Virus record (IMG/VR): IMGVR_UViG_3300042560_001229
Coordinates: 1 to 64,000 of that record
DNA: 64,000 nt
Source of the DNA: a virus
Reading direction: 5' to 3' (one strand)
Under the pieces are notes generated by a model. The model saw only the letters and a list, made by a program, of their open reading frames with translations, was not told the origin of the DNA and searched no databases. A program made the position numbers and the translations under genes. Below, piece by piece: positions 38,886 through 48,311 of the stretch. The first letter of the stretch is position 1, and each line of letters starts with the position of its first letter.

Positions 38886-39328
38886 TTCAACGTCGCACTT
38901 CCGCATTACCCTCGCCGCCAATGACTGATATTGCTGTCAGGCTGTCGGTGCTTTTCCCCGGCATTGATTTAGTGACTGACGTGGAAATCCGCGACGACGG
39001 CAGCGGGCCGCGCATCGCCGCGTGGCACCGCCCTGAACCTAAGCCGACTCCGGCAGAACTCGCTGCCGTGGTAGTCCCGCCGCCTGTGCTTGCGCTGACC
39101 GCTCGGCAGGCGAGACTCTGGTTGCTCTCTGCCGGATTGGATGACGCGGCGATTCGGGCGCAAATTGACGCCATTCCAGACAGCAATCAGCGCGCTGCCG
39201 CACTTGTGGAATGGGAGTATTCCGTGACCATTCACAGCAATCACCCGCTTGTCTTGCTGATTGCCAGCGGTCTTGGTTTAAGTGACGTGCAGCTTCGAGC
39301 GGCATTCATCAACGGAGCGAGTCTGTAA
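38882..39328 (+). CDS. tail fibre assembly/XkdW-like protein
   Basis: DDGSGPRIAAW..PTPAEL; TARQARLWL..EWEY. Confidence 0.65.
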   Translation: MIQRRTSALPSPPMTDIAVRLSVLFPGIDLVTDVEIRDDGSGPRIAAWHRPEPKPTPAELAAVVVPPPVLALTARQARLWLLSAGLDDAAIRAQIDAIPDSNQRAAALVEWEYSVTIHSNHPLVLLIASGLGLSDVQLRAAFINGASL

Positions 39329-39340
39329 CGATCAACTAAG

Positions 39341-39952
39341 GTGCGTTCCGCCTTCCTAATCCCATCTCGATTTCTTCCGCCGCCGCCCCTATTGAACTGC
39401 CTGTGGAGGGCGAGGATTTTCTTCGGCGGGCTGCTGTGGCTGATCGGGATGCCGAATCGCGGCTACTGGTTTTGGGACTTGCGAACCAAGGAACTTTGCT
39501 GGTGTGCGAACATGGAATCCGTCTATGGCGTCCCGCACGACCCGAAGGGCTACACGATAGGGGAGTATGACAGCCTGTTCGCCAGCGCACTTTGGGATGA
39601 CCGAACCCGCTCCTATGTGAACTACGCGGTGGAGTTGGCGAAGCAAAGCCGCTCGGTATTTACCCATGATTTCCGCGTGCGCGACCAGACAACCAACGAG
39701 TTGAAGATCGTGCATGGTCGGGGCCAGTGGATTTACGAAAATGGCAAGCCTGTGGGCATGTTCGGCTACAACAGCGTCTATCGGCTCAACTCGAAGGACA
39801 AAGCCTTTGTTGACTCCGCGCTGGCCATTGAGGAGTTGCAGCACGCCGCCTCGAATCCGAACTGCCCTACCCCCGACACGATAAGCATTGCCTGTGGCTT
39901 GATGTCTATGGCACAGTGCTTTCACTCCCTAACTCACCATGTCCGAGGATGA
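39341..39952 (+). CDS. stand-alone PAS-fold protein
   Basis: GYWFWDL..WC..VYGV..DDR..HDFRV..GRG..NGKPVGMFG; start uncertain. Confidence 0.65.
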   Translation: MRSAFLIPSRFLPPPPLLNCLWRARIFFGGLLWLIGMPNRGYWFWDLRTKELCWCANMESVYGVPHDPKGYTIGEYDSLFASALWDDRTRSYVNYAVELAKQSRSVFTHDFRVRDQTTNELKIVHGRGQWIYENGKPVGMFGYNSVYRLNSKDKAFVDSALAIEELQHAASNPNCPTPDTISIACGLMSMAQCFHSLTHHVRG

Positions 39953-40253
39953 GGCACTCAAAACAGGATTAGCGGCACTGGCCGAACTGACCAAGGAACT
40001 GCGCGAGCAGAAACTCAAAGAGTCGGGGATACCGCCGTGGGTTTCGGTGCTGGTAACTATCATGGTTCCGACGATTGGGCTGATCTTGTGGTTCGGGAAG
40101 CTGGACTCGCGGATGCAGAATTTAGATCAGGCCAGCACGACTGCTCACAGGCGACTGGATGCCAGTGATCTCGTCATCAGAGAAAATGCCTCCAAGACCT
40201 CCCGCAGGTTGCGCGTGATTGAAAGAAAGCTGGACTTGCCGGATGGGGAATGA
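39939..40253 (+). CDS. single-TM membrane protein (lysis cassette)
   Basis: One hydrophobic helix plus coiled coil. Confidence 0.6.
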   Translation: MSEDEALKTGLAALAELTKELREQKLKESGIPPWVSVLVTIMVPTIGLILWFGKLDSRMQNLDQASTTAHRRLDASDLVIRENASKTSRRLRVIERKLDLPDGE

Positions 40254-40266
40254 AACTGTTGCAAAC

Positions 40267-40995
40267 ATGAGCCAGCGCACACGCAAGATAATCGCGCAGG
40301 TAGGCTTCGTCCTCCTATCCCTCGTCCTCATTTCCCTGTGCCTGATTTTCAGCGGATGCACCAGCAGGCCCGATAACCGCAAGTTGCTGGAGAAGCAGGC
40401 GGAAGTGACTCAGAATGTCGCCAAGGCCAAGGCTCATTTTGCAGCGGCGAGTGTGAAGCTGCGAGAGGCCAAAAAGAGCAACGCCAAGGCTGCGGAAAAG
40501 CAGGTGGAGGCGTTGCGCTGGATGACTCTGATCGTGCCTGCGGTGGAGCAACTGGCATTGAAGGTTCCTGATGACTTGAAGCCCGAAGTGGAGGCGCTGC
40601 GGCTCAAGGTGGAAAGTCTCAGTGCCGAGATTACAGCGGCGGTAGGAGCGACGGCGGAAACGAAGGTGGCCGTGGATGAAGCTGACAAGGAGCAGGACAG
40701 TGGTTTGGCGAGAATCGTATCCGTGGAGGCTGCGATCAAGGAGATGAACGAGAAGTGGGGGCCGGAATACTTTGCCGAAGTGAATGCAATGGCAGAGGAC
40801 AGGGATAGCCTGCGGAGTCGGCTGAACAAGGTGCTCGGCATCGTGGGTTTCCTTCTTGGTGGAGCCGCTTTTCTTGCATCCACCCGATTTACAAAAGTTG
40901 GCGTGCCTGCGACATGGGGCATTCCGGTAGGAGCCTTTGCCTTCGTCTATGCCGCGACGTTTTTCCTTGGCAGATGGGGGAAACTGTTCCAGTAG
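40267..40995 (+). CDS. spanin-like lipoprotein
   Basis: Lipobox-like FSGC, long coiled coil, C-terminal TMs. Confidence 0.55.
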   Translation: MSQRTRKIIAQVGFVLLSLVLISLCLIFSGCTSRPDNRKLLEKQAEVTQNVAKAKAHFAAASVKLREAKKSNAKAAEKQVEALRWMTLIVPAVEQLALKVPDDLKPEVEALRLKVESLSAEITAAVGATAETKVAVDEADKEQDSGLARIVSVEAAIKEMNEKWGPEYFAEVNAMAEDRDSLRSRLNKVLGIVGFLLGGAAFLASTRFTKVGVPATWGIPVGAFAFVYAATFFLGRWGKLFQ

Positions 40996-41015
40996 TGACC
41001 GCGAAACACTGACCT

Positions 41016-41162
41016 ATGAAACCCATCCTGCTACTCATCGCCGCCGTCCTTTGCATCGGTTGCGCCGCAAAGCGCGAACACTGGACGCAACGCCCGCCGA
41101 CCGGCCCAGCGACGGAGCGCACGGTGGACGAGAAAGGCAACCCTTCTTTCGGAACCAAGTAA
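41016..41162 (+). CDS. small lipoprotein (48 aa, not in ORF track)
   Basis: MKPILLLIAAVLCIGC signal. Confidence 0.55.
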   Translation: MKPILLLIAAVLCIGCAAKREHWTQRPPTGPATERTVDEKGNPSFGTK

Positions 41163-41177
41163 CCAGAAAACCAACCC

Positions 41178-41534
41178 ATGAAAAAACTCATCAATCGTTT
41201 CGGACTTCCCGGAGTCCTCTTTACTGCCTGCATCGGCCTGTGGCTTCTGACCAGCATCTTCGCGGAGGACTTTCAAGCCAGCGTCGGCCCCGGCTTCCTC
41301 GCCCGCATCCCGACCAAGTTGGCGGTGCTGGCGGTCATTCTGGCATCGCTGAGGTTGGTCATTAAGTTCGCCTTCCCTTCCATTTATAGGTTCACGGATA
41401 CGGAGGGCGGCAAGGTCGTTTCTGAGTTTGCGACTGCATGGCGTTCCCTCGAATCGAAACACAAAGTATGGATAAGCGTCATCACCTACCTCATCGCCTT
41501 GCTTGCACTCTCGCAGGCATTTCTCTCCTCTTAG
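41178..41534 (+). CDS. holin-like 3-TM protein
   Basis: Three hydrophobic segments, upstream of endolysin. Confidence 0.6.
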   Translation: MKKLINRFGLPGVLFTACIGLWLLTSIFAEDFQASVGPGFLARIPTKLAVLAVILASLRLVIKFAFPSIYRFTDTEGGKVVSEFATAWRSLESKHKVWISVITYLIALLALSQAFLSS

Positions 41535-42196
41535 TGGCGATGGGCGGCACACCCGCCCGCCCGCAGCCTACGCCGCCAAAGGCTACTCCGCGTCCGGTGG
41601 TCATCGCCACGACGCCGAGTGACAAGAAGCTGCCTCCGGCCAAGGTGCCGCAGGCCACGCCCCAGCCGGTAGCTCCCGCAACTCCGGCACCCGCCACGCC
41701 TGCCCCGCGCAAGGTGCTTGGTGGACTGATTGCGGTGGACAGCAAGGCGCTGCTGAGAACATTCGCCTCCTATGTAGGAATCAAGGAGCAGCCGTTGGGC
41801 AGCAACAACGGCCCGATGGTCAGCAAGTTCAATGCGTCGTGCGGGTTTAAGCCCAGCGACCGCGCTCCGTGGTGTGCGTCGGTGGCGCACTATGGCTACC
41901 GGGTGAACGGCGCTCCCGACCGCCCCGGTGCCTACTCTCCAAGCTGGTATGTCAAGGCTCGGGTGGTTCCGGCCAAGGATGTGCAGCCCGGTGACGTGGG
42001 GCTGGTCTGGTTTCCCTCGAAGAAACGCTATGCCCACACCATTGCCGCGATTGAGAAAGTGAACTGGTCAGGCCGCGTGGTGTCCTCCTACGTCACGCTG
42101 GAAGGAAACACCAATGCGATGGGGAGTAGGGAGGGCGATCAGTTTGCTCGCCGCGTGCGCCCTGCCGATACGGTGACAGTGGTGCGGTGGAACTAA
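41438..42196 (+). CDS. CHAP-like endolysin with hydrophobic N-terminus and Pro-rich linker
   Basis: EQPLGSNNGP, APWCA, GD..H..TLEGNT; start uncertain. Confidence 0.78.
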   Translation: MAFPRIETQSMDKRHHLPHRLACTLAGISLLLVAMGGTPARPQPTPPKATPRPVVIATTPSDKKLPPAKVPQATPQPVAPATPAPATPAPRKVLGGLIAVDSKALLRTFASYVGIKEQPLGSNNGPMVSKFNASCGFKPSDRAPWCASVAHYGYRVNGAPDRPGAYSPSWYVKARVVPAKDVQPGDVGLVWFPSKKRYAHTIAAIEKVNWSGRVVSSYVTLEGNTNAMGSREGDQFARRVRPADTVTVVRWN

Positions 42197-42354
42197 TTTG
42201 CAACTGTTGCAAAGTTTTTGTTGACTCGCTGTTCGCGCTCTGCTGATTTGCAGCGCAACGAAGAAAATCGAAAAAGCCTTGAGAGGGGAGTATCGAAGCC
42301 GCTTCGCAAAAGTCCAACTCAGCAAGTCAACTCAGTAAAAACCAAACTCATAAA

Positions 42355-44040
42355 ATGAAACTTACCCGCGATCAGAAAATTCGGCTCAAGGCACTTCTCT
42401 CCAAGGATGCGAAGTCCCTGACCGCCGACGAAACGACCGAACTCAACACCCTCACTGCGGCTGCAAAGGCTGCGAATTGGGACGCCGCCACCGACCCCAT
42501 CGAAGATGAGGACGAGAAGGGGCTGACCGATGACGAAGTGAAGGGCATCGTGGTGGACGCGCTCAAGGGCATCGGCCTCGACGCTGAAACTGTCACCGCC
42601 ATCAAGGACGGCCTCAAAGCCTCCGGCAAGTCGCTCACTGCCGAGGACGTGTCCACTGCCATCCAGAAGCATCTCGGCGGCAACGCCGTTGACCAGAAGG
42701 CTCTGACCGACGCCGTGACCAAGGCGGTCAGCGCGCAGAAGGGTCTGACCGAAGCCGATCTGACCAAGGCTCTGGAGAACTTCTCCAAGAACCTCAAATC
42801 GCCCTCGCGTCACGAGTTCCCGGTCAACTCCGGCGAAGCCTCCTTCCCCATCGAGTCCCGCGCTGGCAACCTGACCGTTGGCCAGAAGCAGCTTCTCAAT
42901 ATCTGCATGATGCACGTTGGCGAGTCGGCCATTCTTTCCGGCAAGTCGGTTCGTCCGAAGTCCGAGAATGATGGCATCACCGCCGAGCAGTTGGCGCAGG
43001 CTTGCCGCAACGGTGAGTTCGTCAGCAAGACCATCCGCGCTGAGATGCTCAATGGTCGCAAGGCCATCACTGCTGGTGGTTCCGGCTCCGGTGCCGAACT
43101 GGTGAACACCGATCTGTCGAGCGATCTGCAAACCCGCCTCTATTTGGAGTCGGCGGTTGCAGCGGAGTTCGTCGGTCAGGAAATCCAGATGCCGACCAAT
43201 CCGTTCCAGCTTCCGATGACCACGACTCGTCCGTTCTTCCGTATCGGTGACGAGACTGGCTCGGTGCCCACGGCATCCACTCCGGCGACGACTCGCCCGA
43301 CCCTCACGGCTGGCAAGCTGATCGGCATGTCCGAATACAGCTACGAGGCTGAGGAGGACGCGATCATCGCCATCCTGCCCATGCTGCAAGAGCAGTTGGG
43401 TTCGGCTGCGGCTGACGCCCTCGAAGGTGCCCTTATCAATGGTGACACCGGCACCCACATGGACGGCGACATCGAAGCTGTCTCCGGTCATTCGTCCAAG
43501 CTGTTCAAGGGCTTCCGCAGCCTCGCCTTGGACGCTGGTGGCATCTGCACTGTGGACATCTCCGCTGGTGGTATCAGCACCGACAACATCGGTTCCATGC
43601 GTAAGAACATGGGCAAGTATGGCATCAAGCCGCGTGACCTTATCCTCATTGCCGGGCCGAAGGGCTACAACGATCTGGTGCAACTCGCGGAGACACTGAC
43701 GTTCCAGAATGTCGGCACCGGCTCGCTGGCTCGCATCCTGACTGGTGACGCGCCTTCGCTGTTCGGTATGCGTATCATCACTTCGGCGCAGTGCCGCGAG
43801 GATTTGAATGCTGCCGGTGTTGATGAAGTCGCTGGCGTTGCTGACCGGGGCAGCATCCTCATCGTCCACAAACCGAGCTTCCTGCTCGGCGTGCGCCGGG
43901 GCTTCACCGTCGAAGTGGACACTGACAAGCGGACGCAGATGAACTCTGTCATCGCCAGCTTCCGCCGCGCCTTCACTCCGAAGGAGACTCCTTCGACCAC
44001 TGAGCCGATGGTGATTCTCGGATTCAAGCATGTGGCCTAA
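42355..44040 (+). CDS. major capsid protein (HK97 fold) with N-terminal scaffold
   Basis: Helical N-terminus, RK|AITAGG..ELV, ALINGD..FKG; strong codon bias; terminator downstream. Confidence 0.9.
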   Translation: MKLTRDQKIRLKALLSKDAKSLTADETTELNTLTAAAKAANWDAATDPIEDEDEKGLTDDEVKGIVVDALKGIGLDAETVTAIKDGLKASGKSLTAEDVSTAIQKHLGGNAVDQKALTDAVTKAVSAQKGLTEADLTKALENFSKNLKSPSRHEFPVNSGEASFPIESRAGNLTVGQKQLLNICMMHVGESAILSGKSVRPKSENDGITAEQLAQACRNGEFVSKTIRAEMLNGRKAITAGGSGSGAELVNTDLSSDLQTRLYLESAVAAEFVGQEIQMPTNPFQLPMTTTRPFFRIGDETGSVPTASTPATTRPTLTAGKLIGMSEYSYEAEEDAIIAILPMLQEQLGSAAADALEGALINGDTGTHMDGDIEAVSGHSSKLFKGFRSLALDAGGICTVDISAGGISTDNIGSMRKNMGKYGIKPRDLILIAGPKGYNDLVQLAETLTFQNVGTGSLARILTGDAPSLFGMRIITSAQCREDLNAAGVDEVAGVADRGSILIVHKPSFLLGVRRGFTVEVDTDKRTQMNSVIASFRRAFTPKETPSTTEPMVILGFKHVA

Positions 44041-44070
44041 GCCGTAGCCTTTAGGGGAACCGCAAATAGA

Positions 44071-44109
44071 AGCCCGCTCTCGTTTCATGGCGAGGGCGGG
44101 CTTTCTTTT
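44071..44109 (+). terminator. rho-independent terminator
   Basis: AGCCCGCTCTCG/CGAGGGCGGGCT stem followed by TTCTTTT. Confidence 0.85.
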
Positions 44110-44148
44110 GTGTTGCGAAACTGGCTGGTGTGGGCGTAGGGTCTGGCC

Positions 44149-44616
44149 ATGAGAAAAGTCACCTATATCGGAGCGCCAACCCTCCTAGCCCGTCACGGAA
44201 ACATCAAATCAGGGGACACGATTTACATGCGCGAAAGCGAATGGGATACCGTGAAGAATGACCCGCAGCGTTTTCAACTGGACAGCGACACAGCGGAGTT
44301 GCGCGACAGTTCCGGCGTCAGCGTCAAGCCACAGAAGACCAACAAGTTTGACCTTCGCACGATTCATTGGAGCAGCCGACCATTGGGGCGTTACCTTGGC
44401 CGGTTCAATATGAGCAAGCTGAACAAGGTGGCTGAGGCCATGAACTCGCTGGGACTGCCGGTGCTGTGCGGGCGAGGCTGCAACGCTGTGGATATTTTGG
44501 ATTCGATTCAGCATCATGCGGTGACGCAGGGCTGGGATAAGTTGAGTCGCACTGACTGCCTGACCAGCGGCACGCACAAGCCGCGTGTGCGGGAACGCCA
44601 CGCAGCAGCCGCGTAA
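44149..44616 (+). CDS. hypothetical protein
   Basis: 155-aa ORF after MCP. Confidence 0.7.
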   Translation: MRKVTYIGAPTLLARHGNIKSGDTIYMRESEWDTVKNDPQRFQLDSDTAELRDSSGVSVKPQKTNKFDLRTIHWSSRPLGRYLGRFNMSKLNKVAEAMNSLGLPVLCGRGCNAVDILDSIQHHAVTQGWDKLSRTDCLTSGTHKPRVRERHAAAA

Positions 44617-44634
44617 TTTGCAACTGTTGCAAAC

Positions 44635-44841
44635 ATGAACAAAGCCACCGTTACCCGTTTGCTGGAAGGATTGAGTCTTCCCGATGCTGAGGCTCGGCTG
44701 TGGACTGAACGCATCAAGAAGGCCGACGATGGGCAGCAGGATGGCCGGGAGGAGTTGCAGCGGTGCTACGATCAGTTGGTTCGCAAGGTGGGCGTAGCCG
44801 GTCATCAGCACAAGCGTTCACCCATCCATCACACCCGATAA
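44635..44841 (+). CDS. small hypothetical protein
   Basis: ATG right after palindrome. Confidence 0.55.
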   Translation: MNKATVTRLLEGLSLPDAEARLWTERIKKADDGQQDGREELQRCYDQLVRKVGVAGHQHKRSPIHHTR

Positions 44842-44844
44842 GTT

Positions 44845-45519
44845 ATGCCGACCACACTTGTCCGTCCCCTTACCACGCTGCGCGAAGTCCAGAAGGAAAC
44901 GCGCAATGTGGATACTGCCCAAGAAGATTGGTTCAAGGAGTGCATCAATGCGGCGAGCCGTGCAGTGGAAGCCATCACCGGAAGGGAGTTCTGGTATTTT
45001 GATTACTCGTCCACCGAGCTTGTTGTGAAAGAGAAGTGGGTGGTGATGAGCCGCATCTACCTTCCGTGGCCCATCATTACGCTGACGGAGATTAAGAACC
45101 TCGGGGAAGTGGTTCCGAGTGAGCAGTATTATTACAGTGGCGGGGTCATTCAAGGGCTGCGCTGGTGGGCGACCTACCGCAACCGTCCGAATTACTCGAA
45201 CACCGGATTGGACGGCACACCTATCGGTGGCGACCATGAATCCGAAGGACTGTTTGCCGTGGGCAGCACCGGGCTGATGAGCAACCCCCTGACCATTAAG
45301 GGCACGTTTGGATGGCCGCTGACTGACGCAGTGACGCCGCCTCCTACCCTGCCTGCGGATTTGCGCCGTGCGGCGACTTTGCTGGCCGCTGCTTGGACGA
45401 TGTTCAACCGCAGGGAACTGGTGGGTTATGACGGTCAGAAGCAGACGTTGCTCGACAGCCGGATTCCCAAGGAAGTGAAGGACATTCTGAGCGCCGGATA
45501 CAGCGAACGATTCCTGTGA
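44845..45519 (+). CDS. head-tail adaptor (gp6-like)
   Basis: INAASRAVEAITGREF..GW..PADLRRA. Confidence 0.75.
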   Translation: MPTTLVRPLTTLREVQKETRNVDTAQEDWFKECINAASRAVEAITGREFWYFDYSSTELVVKEKWVVMSRIYLPWPIITLTEIKNLGEVVPSEQYYYSGGVIQGLRWWATYRNRPNYSNTGLDGTPIGGDHESEGLFAVGSTGLMSNPLTIKGTFGWPLTDAVTPPPTLPADLRRAATLLAAAWTMFNRRELVGYDGQKQTLLDSRIPKEVKDILSAGYSERFL

Positions 45520-45995
45520 ACGGCTCGTTTCGAGTAGTGGTGCATGGTGAGCGGGCGGAAGCAGCCATGCGGAAGCTCGCGGCGGAACTGACCGTCGCCA
45601 AGACGAAGCCGGTCATTGCCGGAGTGGCATGGCGGGTTCATGCACGGCTGGTCAGGAACACGCCGATCAAGTGGACAGGGAATCTGCGCCGAAGCTGGAC
45701 GGTGGTTGAAACGCCTACCGGCTTTGTCGTCACCAATCCGAACAGGGTGATGTTGTTTCTGGAGAAGGGCACGCGGGCGCATGGCCCGAGATTCAAGAAG
45801 TTCCTCTACATCCCGTTGGTGCCGTCTGCGATGGTCTGGCACCCCGGTTTAATTCGTGGTCAGGACTACGTGCTGACCAAGAGAGTGCGGGGTATCCGCG
45901 CACGGAACATTGTCCGCGATGAGCGCCCCACTGCCCGAGCGGAAATGCTTGCGGCGTTGACCCGTTACGTGGATAACGTGCTGAACAAACCATGA
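45516..45995 (+). CDS. HK97 gp10-like neck protein
   Basis: TPIKWTGNLRRSW..FLEKGTRAH. Confidence 0.75.
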   Translation: MNGSFRVVVHGERAEAAMRKLAAELTVAKTKPVIAGVAWRVHARLVRNTPIKWTGNLRRSWTVVETPTGFVVTNPNRVMLFLEKGTRAHGPRFKKFLYIPLVPSAMVWHPGLIRGQDYVLTKRVRGIRARNIVRDERPTARAEMLAALTRYVDNVLNKP

Positions 45996-46537
45996 ACGTC
46001 ACCGATTACCCCATCCCTGCCAGAGCCTTTGCGGTGATGGACGCTCGCATTGCTTTCTGGTCGGTGGCCGGGTCTGGTCGGGTGCTGGATGGCGTGACCT
46101 ATGACCGGGAGGCTCGATTGGAGCCGATGGGTGCGGACATGCTGCCCATGATTCAGCCGGTGGACTATACTTGGGAGGAGAAGGTGTGGGGCGGTGCATC
46201 CTCCGCACCTGAGCGCGTGGGTAACACCCAAGTCGTCTCGGAAATCACGTCCACGTTCTTCGTCGCTGGGCGCAGGGAGTATGGTCTGATTCAGCGCAGC
46301 ACGGCTAACCCCGAGGACGGCAAGGGTGTCTTGGAGTGGGTGTCCCGGTTGCAGGATGCCTTGGAGAAGGCCGTGAGTGACGGCAGGCAGGATTCCATGC
46401 TGGAGGGGACACTGGCCAAGCCCATGCGCTTTGTGTGCAAGCAGAACTACCTTTCCGATCTGTCGTTCGCCCTCCTGCTGGAAGTCTCCCTATTCACCGT
46501 GCCGTATTGGAGAGCCGGGAGGACACCGCCGTTTTGA
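45992..46537 (+). CDS. putative tail terminator
   Basis: Synteny. Confidence 0.5.
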   Translation: MNVTDYPIPARAFAVMDARIAFWSVAGSGRVLDGVTYDREARLEPMGADMLPMIQPVDYTWEEKVWGGASSAPERVGNTQVVSEITSTFFVAGRREYGLIQRSTANPEDGKGVLEWVSRLQDALEKAVSDGRQDSMLEGTLAKPMRFVCKQNYLSDLSFALLLEVSLFTVPYWRAGRTPPF

Positions 46538-46629
46538 TGAAAGAAAATCTTGACGCGATGCTCGCGCTTACGCACAGTGCGCTCAGTCCACAACGTATTC
46601 AGCCTCACACTTAACAGAACCCAAACATT

Positions 46630-46974
46630 ATGGCAGTCATCGGAGACGCTCTTACTTTCGGAATCGCAGCAGACCAAGGCGGTGGTAGCCCGGTTTTGGT
46701 TTTGCAGAAACTCACTGTCAACCAGAAGACTGACCAGAAGGAGGCCCGCGACCGCAACGGTGTCGTGCAGGCTGTGTCGTTCTACAACAAGACGCAGGAA
46801 ATCAGCCTCGAAGGTCTTGGTGCATACACCGGAGCAGCCATCGGTGCTGCGCTTTCGCTTTCCGGCATCACCCTTGTTGGCACGTCTGCTTACGTTCAGG
46901 AAATCAATGTCGAGCACGGCAACGAGGAATTTCTCAAGACAAGTGTGAAGGCGATGTGCTGGGAAGGCATCTAA
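46630..46974 (+). CDS. putative major tail tube protein (short)
   Basis: Synteny; beta-rich 114 aa. Confidence 0.55.
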   Translation: MAVIGDALTFGIAADQGGGSPVLVLQKLTVNQKTDQKEARDRNGVVQAVSFYNKTQEISLEGLGAYTGAAIGAALSLSGITLVGTSAYVQEINVEHGNEEFLKTSVKAMCWEGI

Positions 46975-47008
46975 ACCTTCTACTTGGCGATGACCCCCGC
47001 TTGACGGG

Positions 47009-47500
47009 ATGCCAATGGAATCAACAGGAGACATAACGCAGGATGGGGCTGGTGACGTAAGGCAGGGTTCGCTGATCGTCTATGTTCGGAATACGCAACT
47101 GGCGGCGTGCTTGGTGGCGATTGGGGTGAGACTGAGAAAAGACCCTCCCTACACCAAGAAGGAGATGGGCAACGGGGATGTTGTGACCACTTGGAATTTC
47201 GAGGCGAAGACGCCTGACGGTGGCATCAATACCTTGGATATGCTCAAGGCGTGGAAGGATGATGTGGCCTTTGGTGAAAAGAATCCGACCCATCCGTTCA
47301 CGTTCGCCATGCACGCAGTCAAGAACTACCGGCAGATGGTGGAGCATGTTCACAATCAGCAACCGTGGGTGGCCTATGTGAGTGAAACCGGGATGCACAC
47401 AATTTGGGTCATCAAGGACTCTGCCAAGGCTAGGGAGTGTGTGGCGCTTGGACTGTCCCGCACTGGCGACCATGCCGAAGTTGACCAGCACACCAGTTAG
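47009..47500 (+). CDS. hypothetical protein
   Basis: 163-aa ORF in tail region. Confidence 0.65.
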   Translation: MPMESTGDITQDGAGDVRQGSLIVYVRNTQLAACLVAIGVRLRKDPPYTKKEMGNGDVVTTWNFEAKTPDGGINTLDMLKAWKDDVAFGEKNPTHPFTFAMHAVKNYRQMVEHVHNQQPWVAYVSETGMHTIWVIKDSAKARECVALGLSRTGDHAEVDQHTS

Positions 47501-47510
47501 CAATACCGAT

Positions 47511-48071
47511 ATGAGCGACGACGACATCACCACCATACTACGTGACGGACAAAAGCCCAAAATTGACCCACAAGCGGCCTCTGACCCCAAGCCCCCTACA
47601 CCCACCCCAACTAGTAGCTCCGGCGTTTCTGGAGCCAAGGATTTGATAGCGCGAATCGAGCAGGCAGGCAGTGCCAGCTTGCTGGATGAGAACCGCAAGA
47701 TCGTTGTGGGTGGATGGGAAATTCGTCCGGTGAGTCTTGGCTCCATCGAGATGCTGCACTTGCTGGAGTCGAAGCTGATTTCCGGGGTGCGAGTGAATAA
47801 CGTGGCTGACCTGCTGGGTGACTGCTTGGAGTTCATCATGCTGCATGTCATCAGCGAGGATGACGCCGTAGAGCATTGCTTCCTGAGCAAAGTGGAGAGG
47901 CAGAAGGCCGTGATGAAGTGGGGTCTGAAAGTGAAGGTGCAGGACATCGAAGGGCTTGTGAAAAGCACGATTGGGGTGATTGCCAGTGCCACGTCCACAC
48001 AGGTTAAGGGGACGCCGCCCGAGCATGTGAAGGCTGCTGGTAGGAAGGGTTCCGGTTCAAAAAAAGCGTAA
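47511..48071 (+). CDS. tail assembly chaperone (G)
   Basis: Upstream of TMP; ends at slippery A7 run. Confidence 0.7.
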   Translation: MSDDDITTILRDGQKPKIDPQAASDPKPPTPTPTSSSGVSGAKDLIARIEQAGSASLLDENRKIVVGGWEIRPVSLGSIEMLHLLESKLISGVRVNNVADLLGDCLEFIMLHVISEDDAVEHCFLSKVERQKAVMKWGLKVKVQDIEGLVKSTIGVIASATSTQVKGTPPEHVKAAGRKGSGSKKA

Positions 48072-48277
48072 GGCCACCTTGGTTGCACCGTCTGGTTGCA
48101 ATCGTGGTGGCCATCACCGGGCACGACTCCCGTTACGTGATCTGGAAAATGCCGCTGCGTCAGGTGTTCGTGTGGGAGCATGTGCATCTGGAGAAAGAGG
48201 GCTGGACGTGCTGGCCTCCTAGTGTGGAGTTATCTGCCGAGGAGGTTATTCGTTCGTTCAGGAAGGAAAGGGCTTGA
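48059..48277 (+). CDS. tail assembly chaperone -1 frameshift extension (GT)
   Basis: A AAA AAA at 48059-65; -1 frame open KSVRPPWLHRL.. to 48277. Confidence 0.72.
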   Translation, partial: KKSVRPPWLHRLVAIVVAITGHDSRYVIWKMPLRQVFVWEHVHLEKEGWTCWPPSVELSAEEVIRSFRKERA

Positions 48278-48311
48278 GTCACCCATGTCGCTGAGTTAAG
48301 AGAACGCACGT

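Noticed and set aside
42319-44088. Long minus-strand ORFs (589 aa here; also 51670-52920, 47021-48187, 30103-31080)
   Set aside because: Antisense shadows of GC-rich + strand genes with no recognisable motifs
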